Shown here piece after piece: positions 55,501 through 64,000 of a stretch of 64,000 nt of DNA. Source of the DNA: Balanoglossus misakiensis (taxonomy: Eukaryota; Animalia; Hemichordata). The stretch covers positions 11,451,451-11,515,450 of the forward strand of contig CM082585.2 in the NCBI GenBank assembly GCA_040954595.2, read 5' to 3'. Every line of letters starts with the position of its first letter. The stretch's first letter is position 1. The notes beneath the pieces were generated by a model that saw only the letters and a list, made by a program, of their open reading frames with translations, had not been told where the DNA came from and did no database searches. A program made the position numbers and the translations under genes.

Positions 55501-57530
55501 CCATCGAGTATTCAAAATCACTGCTCTGCTTTCATCACTAGACTCACTCAGCCTTTACAAAAATGAGAAGAAAAAAATGAGAAAATTTTTGTGTGTGTCA
55601 AAGCAGTCATCATTTTTTCTTCAGCGAATGATCCAAGAAAGAAGAAAATCACAAATAAATTCTTTTTTTCAATTGTGCTCTCTTCAAAGGTAGACGTGAA
55701 TATCTGAAATAAATAGTGCCCGGAACTTTGAGGCACAGTGCTTAAAGAGGCAGCAGGACCCGGGGGAGAATTCACGAGTTGGGAATTGTGGAAAAGCTGC
55801 AGAGTCGATCATCCATGAGTAAGGCGTATAAAGAGAAGTCATCAGGGAGAACATATTGGTAATGTCAGGAATAATAAGTGAATATGGTCATCACTGAAAG
55901 TTTCCATTCCAACTGACAGAATTTTTCCCGCCAGAAATTTTTCCACAAATTTTTGAAATTTGTTATTTCAATTTTTTGTTTTTCATTCAAAAGGAAAAGC
56001 TTAATGTTTACTTTGAATGAGAATATTCTAAATTAACATATCAAATCCAAAAAGTGATATTTCAGAAAAAATCTTTGATTGGCTGAAAAATGTTGGAAAG
56101 TTCATTTGGTCAGTTGTGTATTGGGCACTGTCCTCTTCTTGATTTCTTGCAAAGATCAAGAAAGATTTCATCCATTTTCTGTGACAATGTATCCAGAAGA
56201 GGTCAACTTCACCACTTCCACATACCTGCACAAGACTGTTGTCAACGACATTGAAATAATCACACTTGATTTTCATCACAGGCACCATAATTTTGCTAAT
56301 TGAAATTTTCCAAATTAGTTTAGTCACGATAATGGCTTTTAAATTGTCTTTGTAAATCACTAAACAGATAATTATTTAATTCTAGACATTGCAGATATTT
56401 TCAAGTGCTCAAGTTGTAATAATACTGTTTGTTTTTTTTCTTTCAGATATCCACAAACAGTTGAATGAGAACCAAGATTATATTCAGAAGGTGTGAAAAT
56501 GTCTATAAAAAGGTACATGTGTGAACGTATATCCTCTGTGTCCCTGCCAACTAATTTCAAATTATTGCAATTTTTTTCATTCTGTCAAACATCATATACA
56601 TGTAAATATCAATATTGAATTTAGGTATGTAGTGTATTACACAAAATGCAAGTTTTTGAAGTTGTGATGTGTCTTTTGTGTTATGCGTGTGTCAGAATGA
56701 TGAAGTTTTCATATTTTATGTTTCAGGGTCAGAGGATGGTGTCAGGCTGGGTTTGTTAAGAAGCCGACTTCTGCCGATTTGGAGGACCTTTTTGAACTGC
56801 ACTTTGAGGTAACTGATGTATTTTTCAGTCCGTTCGTCCGATTAGAAATTGGCATTAATTGTGAAAATATTGAGCAATTGGTTGATGATGGAAGCATGAT
56901 AACGAGAGGAAGTAGACGCAAAGAGCTAGATAGGATAATGCTAATAGACCTGTATCGAATTTAAGACGAAAACCCGATAAAGATACGTCTTCACTCAGTC
57001 ACACTGCCAGTGGTCAGACTTAATCAGAGAAGCTATGCAAGTCTGTTATTGGATTTGTGGAAATATCGCAATGAAAAGGCTGCATTATGATGATGCAAAA
57101 TGCAATTATGGGATAGGTAATAAAGATGGAAATGAAGACGATAATGTCATCTTTGCTTGATTTTACAGTTGTGATAGAATTAGGGAAACAGTGAGTGTGT
57201 CTTCTTAACTGAGTATATTCTATCTAGTGACTAGGGAACACTCGCAATCAGCTATCACCCAATTTCCAACAGATTTCTACTGTCTAATGATTGATTTTTA
57301 ACGTTCCAATTGCCAGCTCACTGAAGTGGGTTTCTAGCCAAACCAGATAGGTTGCCAGCTATTTCACAGCTTGGCCAATTACACGACATCTGCAGTGCAA
57401 ACAGAAATGTCTTGCATCGTTCGTTCGTGTTGGCTTGGCAACACTTCAAATCATTTTACCGGTACACCAGTGAGTGTTTATCAAGTGTATGTGTAGAATT
57501 GTCACTGGCCTGTAGATAAGTTCATACAAG

Positions 57531-57653
57531 TGTGGATATTTGCCACACGTCTCTGGATATTTGCCACATGACTGTGGATATTTGCCACATGTCTATGGAT
57601 ATATAGCCACATGTCTATGATATTTGTCACATGACTGTGGATATCCTCCACAT
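57531..57653. repeat. 21-bp minisatellite, about 6 degenerate copies
   Basis: The unit is approximately TGTGGATATTTGCCACATGTC, repeated head to tail. Confidence 0.9.
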
Positions 57654-58327
57654 ATCCATGAAGTGGCAATAAAATGGCGTGATATGATCATTTCATGAAG
57701 ACAGGTGTATATTGGGGTTATACACAAAATACAACCATGTGTGGAGATTGACTCGATTTGTGAGGTATTGGTCTTGCCCGTTACACCATGCACAGCACTC
57801 TCATCCATATAAGCAGCCATATTTTGTGAACAACCCTATATTAAGAAATAAAGATTTGCCGATATATTGAGATTTTTCGATAACCTTTGACCACAGGTGA
57901 ACTTTCTTGACTTAACAACCACCTTCGGGCACACCTGCACAACTTTTGGCTGGCAACAAGTGCGCCGTAAATCGTTCGACCAGTATTTTATCGGTCAGAA
58001 GTGACGCTCTAAGTGCATTGGGCGCAGAAAGTATTCAGAAATTGAAGTGCCTGGTGCCAATAGATTAGATTCTCCAATGTTCAAGAGTCCTGGTGGTTGC
58101 CACGGTGTCTTACGTACTCTGTTGTAGTCGGCCAGATTTTGGGATTTGTCTAATCACAGTCACCATGGTGACAATGATAAACCGTACCCTCCATGTAAAA
58201 ATGAAGGGGAGCTCATGGCAGTCGGAGACATTGCCGTTCAGATGCACAGTCATTTCAATTTTCTCTGGATAATAAAGTCACTCGCTTTTGATGTTATTTT
58301 GGCTATTTTGATGTGGCTCATGTGAAA

Positions 58328-58400
58328 TACAGTCAAACCCATGTTAGTGGCCACCTCTGTCTAGTGGAAACTTGTCTATAGGAGACCATTTCTGAACTCC
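58328..58400. mobile_element. Left end of the same Tc1/mariner-type MITE family
   Basis: The segment begins TACAGTCAAACCCATGTTAGTGGCCACCTCT, matching the reverse complement of 52465-52500. Confidence 0.7.
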
Positions 58401-61400
58401 ACAACACCCTGAGAAATCTTGCATGGCTAGGCATTGTATGGCAGGACATTCTTGTGATATATAACAAGCAACTTGTGGCCGGTCGTGTTTAAATGGCACA
58501 AAAGTTACAATGGTTTATTTTATTCAATTCTGCACCTATTCTAGCTTCATTCAAAGCTTGACTTGTATAACCAAGTCTCGTGAGATCTCACAGGCAGAAA
58601 ATCATCTATTTGCAGTCAGGAATCCCTTACTGATGAATGTTGTCAATGTGACAATCCCCGAAGCCATTGATTGTCACTGACTTCCTTTATTTTTCACACC
58701 TATTTTTAGATAACTCCATGATTGACAGCCAATGTCGATTCATAACGGTCGTAATGATCAAGACTTTCTACGAATCAACACGTTAAATTTTTGTGAAAAG
58801 ACATAGATATTTTGATTTCAAAAGAGGCCATTGCCAAGATACGTGTATTTAAAGCTGGTTCATAACATGCCGAAAATGTTGACTATACCGGTACACTGCT
58901 CTCTGTTGTCGAGTTTGTCAAAGATTAGAAAATGCCATCCCCATCAGATTCTTTAAGGAAGATATAAGACCAGCACATTTGCTGATACATAGAATGAAAA
59001 ATAGTGTAATATATTCAAATAGCAGGATGTGTTTTTTTATATAAGATCAAATAATTAAATGGATCTGTGATATACTGTATGATAGATGAATTGCTTGTTC
59101 AATGCTTAATTCCCCACATAGAAGAGATTTCATCTGTTTGGATTTTGATACAATGCTAACAAACTTCAAAATTTCATTGGATAGAGAAAGGTTCTGATTA
59201 GCAGCTGGGCTGTGTCTTGTACTGTCGTAAAATATCGCCAAACGAGATTGAAAAGGAAAATAAGGGGAAAAAGTGGCGCTGGGCAATTGAATCGTAATGG
59301 GCCGGCAGAGTGGGGAAAACTGATGAAAGTTTATCCTTTATTGGTTACTTTAGGACGTCTGTATGCAAAGGTATATTGTCCCATTGGGAACAGTCATCTA
59401 TGCTGTCAACGCATTGACAAATGAACAGAGTAATCACTGATGATACATTGCAGATTCGGCGCATTGAACGGGAAAAATTAATTGGTCACGGCCTTTTCAG
59501 TCCTTGTGAACACGTGTAAATCTCGGATCATTTTTTCCCCGGGAACACGATAGCCAATTAAAAAGTTACATCTTTGGTGCAGGGAGGTGGAACGCCAGGG
59601 AAAGCATTGAGTCATGTGAAATGGACAGGAACAAGCCCAAGTATTATTAGGCCATGGGTTTGTTGGGCTGATTATTCACACCAATAAAGGTTGATTGCTT
59701 TTACTGATCATATTGAAGACCTCTGTGATATCCAGGACATGAATGTAGCTCTTGTGTGCATCTATACATGCACGCCCAGATAAAAATAAACTTGTATGGG
59801 TATATTTTGCACTTTATGATTGCCAGTCGTATAAAGACCTACGCTGAATTGACTTTGTGGAAAGTTTTTTTTTATTCATGCCCAATCCCAATGATGAAAT
59901 TTTATTTTTGTAAAGTTAATTTCAAGGTTGTCTCTGCTCAGCCATGAAGATGGGGAGATTGTCTGAACTTGGATTTGAGTTAATGAATTAATGGCAGTCA
60001 GTCAATCAATCATGAAGAATACCGCAATTCATAATATGCATGACCCTTTGATTGATTTGGAGGAGAAATTACAGTGCTTCACACCTCAATAAATAAAAAA
60101 CAAACCAGAAATTTTTGTTGCATGGTTTGTGTGAGAAAATCTATGGATTAATGTCTTCCACTGATATGATTTTGAAAAAACTTTTACGGTTAAAATATCA
60201 CGCACATTTATGTCTTTCACATAAAATCATTTGACAACAGGGATTGACAAGTCACCATCTTTTCACGGGCCAGATGATGTCAGTGACTTTTAGCGGGAAA
60301 CAAAAAGCACCACCATGGCTATTTTTGTTTGAGATGACAATAAAAAAACTCTGTAAATCCATTGATCGGTGGCAGCCAACTCAGTCAAACAAGATCACGC
60401 AAACAGTATGGCTATACATTCAATAAAGTAGCTCCGGTAATGTTGATTTTTGCAATTCTTGTGAACAACTAGTTTTTAAGATCTTTTCAGAGGACCTTAA
60501 ATAAGTTTAATTTGGCCAAATTGGACAATTCTGAAGGTCCTTTCTTGTCCTGAATGTTTGTCCCTAAGGGGTGTCTGGCCTTAAATAGAACTGAGGCGTT
60601 CAGTTTGGGTTTTTTTATGACTTTTGTAACTGATCAGAATGCAAAGACTGGTAAATGAAGCGATGTGTAACCACAAAGGGTCGTAAAGTTTGTGTGATTT
60701 TGTGAATAGCTGAAAAAAGGTGTCGAGTGATAAGAGCCCTCGATAAACTGAACAGTTCTGTGAAATTTTCAAATGGAGTGCTTTTCTTGAAAACTGAACA
60801 GTTTTGAGTTTAATTGGTAATGGATCTGGGCAAAGATTCATGGATCTCTTCTGAAGTGACACTCATTGACAAAACATTTTTGAGTTACTGTGGGAGAAAC
60901 TTGACCTGAAAACAGTTCAGAAAGTTCTTTTTTTTTCTGAATTTCTTGGCCAACAGTCCAAAGTATAGCTTCATAAGCTGAAATTGACATTTTTTCATCA
61001 GATTGGAATTGTTGGATTATTTTGACAAGCGTCAAGTAGATCATATCAGATTGTAGGGTGATTATGACAATTAAATTTCAGAATTTAAACTTGAGCTAGA
61101 TGGTGTAAAAGTCAAAGATCTGATATTGATGGTTATAGACACTAACTCTTTATGTTCTGTCAGACAGGAATATATCGTTGATAGTGGAGTAATTGAGACC
61201 AATATTGGAAGTGACGCCGAACAAGTCTCCTGCCAGCCATTTACGCCGAGAAGTCACTAGGGATTTGTGTGTGTGTTGATATAAATGCACATCGCATTCA
61301 GCTGTGTAATCGCTGCGTTTGGTGTTGATTCCGGCACAAGACAAGAAATGATGTAAGTACAATACCGTACATTAAAAAAGAACCTGACTGCCACATCCAA

Positions 61401-64000
61401 CAAAGTCCATGTTTTTTTTTATTTAAAAAAAGTCGGAAATTTAATTTGCGCGGATTGAATTCCGAGTTTGTGCATCAAATTGGCTCTGATGAAGAGCTTG
61501 AATAAGATGGAAGAGGAAGCTGGGCTAATCAGTGGCATTAGCATAAAATAATTTTGGCAAAGTTGGGTGTTAATTCCCAGCGATTGTCAGCGCGAGAGAC
61601 AGGGCATGACTGGGGATGAATTTAATGCATATAGATGAGACGGACTCCGAATGAGGCGATTTTTACAACTGTCTGTTGCTTACCAAAAGAGGACAGCCAC
61701 TTGTCAAAAGCCAAACAGGCAATTTAAAGAGTGGGAAGAAAAATGGTCCCAGTTGAGTTGTGAAAGAGCATGCGGTGAAGTATTGTGGAATTGACGGAGT
61801 TAAAACTCTGTCATTCCATAGTTTACTTCCTCAATCAAATTTATGGCACTCCAAAGGATATTTGACACTAAATAAGGACAAGCACCCTCATTTCTCATAA
61901 TTTTCAAGTACAGTATAAATATTTTTCTATCCAATCTTGGATTTATGCTCTCTTAAGTGTTTGATTGTTGGCCAGGGAGAACATTCCTGAACTCAGCTAG
62001 CACACATGATTCTAGGCACCGCAGTCACTCAGTCAGTCCTTGTGATATCGAAAGTTTGTGTATGTTTCTGCGTGACACTGACACATGGATGTGCATTGCT
62101 TGTTAACTTCAGCCACCATTTCATGATCAATAAATACAATTAGTATTTGCAAAGACATAAAATTGAATGTTTCTAATGTAATAATGTAATTGGTTTAGAC
62201 CTTCTACATCACTGGTTTATTTATAGACAATAGGATTGTATAATCAGGTCCACGTATTGACACGTTATGATCATAATTACTCTATTCAAAAAATTAATTT
62301 TTGAAAAGACTTATATTCCCATTAGTCTTAGACAATACGGTCAACCGGCAATGTTTAAAAAAAACACAGAAAAATGTTGTGAAGCTGTGTTCTGTTGTAG
62401 ATCTGATGTGAATACTTTATGATGTGTTTTCAAACGATTTCCACACAAAGCTTGAAAGAGCAGAGAATTTGATTGACATGCAGTTTTTCAATGAAAACTT
62501 TGAGGATGAGGTCCAATATTCTGTGTCTGAAAGTTGAGGAAAACACTGATCTGTCAGAAAGCCCTCTAAAAGTTGAAAATACCAGAAAGGTTATATATCT
62601 AGCATTTGGGAGATGTGTGTTTGATGGCAGGTACCGTACTTTCCTTGTGTTTATGTTTTTGTTGAATCCATGACAGATTGTTCAGATTTCAGTTCAAAAG
62701 TGACAGATATTTGGCTAATTAGGCATTTTCAAGACCTCAATGTGACCTTACATCCTGGTACTTTTGCCCTAACCAATCCACCAGTTTGATTGAGAACTCC
62801 ATGGTAGCCAATCATATTCACAGAGTTCAGAAGTGAATTGCTACTCTGACTCAAAAATGTTCAAATTTGTTTGCATTTTTCTCTCTAAAAATGGTGAAGA
62901 TTGGAGACAGCCTGTCGACAAAAGTACTTGGATGGAAGGTCACGTCGAAGTCATGGAAATGGCTATAAAATTAGGAATCCATGAAATCAGAATATAATTG
63001 AATAATCAAAAGTGTATTGTTTTTCATAAGGGTCTGAAATATTTCCTAGGAATGGATTTTTAATAATCAAACTTTTTATGTATCTATGTCATTATGATAT
63101 TCACTGAAAAAGTACTTTCAGATAAAAAAAAAATGGAACTGTCACTCAGCAAATTCTGTCTGTTTTTCACAAAAACTGACAATTGATCGCTTTCTTTGCC
63201 ATAATGCCTTATAATACAACCAAGTTGCTTTTCATTTGCATCAATATCTTGACACACTTTGGTTTTTTCACATCAATTCGCGCAACAAGAGGAGACTTTG
63301 GAGAAAAGTGGTATTTCACACAAAAACGCCACAAACCTATCAATGACTAACAACCCTCTGTTATGACAACTGCACTCCGAAGTCACGGAAAATCTCAGTT
63401 AATTACCGAGTCTCACCGCGGAGAGCATGGCGACAGAATTGCCCCCCTACCAGGCCCAATGCACCCTAGAGCGCATCTCGATTTTTCACACTGCCGTAAT
63501 ATCAATAATTTCGACTCATGGGGCGAGACGACAGATGCACACAATAGATTTTAGTCTTATTGGCATGTACACAATTATTCCAAAGCTGAGTAACAGTTCT
63601 GTTTTGCCAGGCTCAGAAATAAAACGAGGGAGAAAAAAAAAGACATCGTATCACTCGCACAGAACTTGAGAGCATTTCAAAAAACTCCTCAGTGAAAACT
63701 AATTTGCATATCTTTGATTGACAGGTACAAGTTCTGCTAGAAGCATTCTCCTCCAATGAAAACGCAACAGAAGAATTTCACAATAAAAGCTAAACTTGTA
63801 AACTCTCACACATAAATATCATACCATCTGATGTGAGAATGATTCATCAAAAATGAGGTTTCTGTGCCTGCAACCTGTCACTGGTGACCTGCATAGCATT
63901 TGATTTATAACTTTATGCCAAAGTTTTCTGAGGACAAAAAGTTGTGATATATCAGTATTTATTAATTTTGTTTTAGTTTCAGAATTGTTTTGAGGATGGG

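Noticed and set aside
57531-57653. CRISPR-like appearance of palindromic repeats
   Set aside because: The units are contiguous with no unique spacers, there are no cas genes, and the context is eukaryotic.

Overview
This is eukaryotic, AT-rich animal genomic DNA, most likely an invertebrate deuterostome (inferred from the protein and the repeat styles). The window is essentially a gene desert around one convincing protein-coding gene, an intronless group-B2 Sox gene (SoxB2, Sox14/21 type) at 39501-40238 on the minus strand. The flanks contain dense clusters of Sox, POU, Otx, Fox and RFX sites. One cluster 1.2-1.7 kb upstream is a candidate for the deeply conserved SoxB2 enhancer, and a near-canonical Sox-Oct composite lies just downstream of the gene. 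Several GC-rich, stop-containing segments bounded by splice signals suggest a spliced minus-strand lncRNA downstream of SoxB2, and possibly a divergent plus-strand transcript upstream. CpG density falls sharply at about 42 kb. The left end holds a decayed two-gene DNA-transposon-like relic (THAP-like plus SWIM/YqaJ-family-like), a MITE and a tandem duplication. Other repeats are MITE ends, micro- and minisatellites and possible retroposon tails. Nearly all other ORFs in the track look like noise. I found no clearly new molecular system; the lncRNA, enhancer and motif observations are hypotheses to test.
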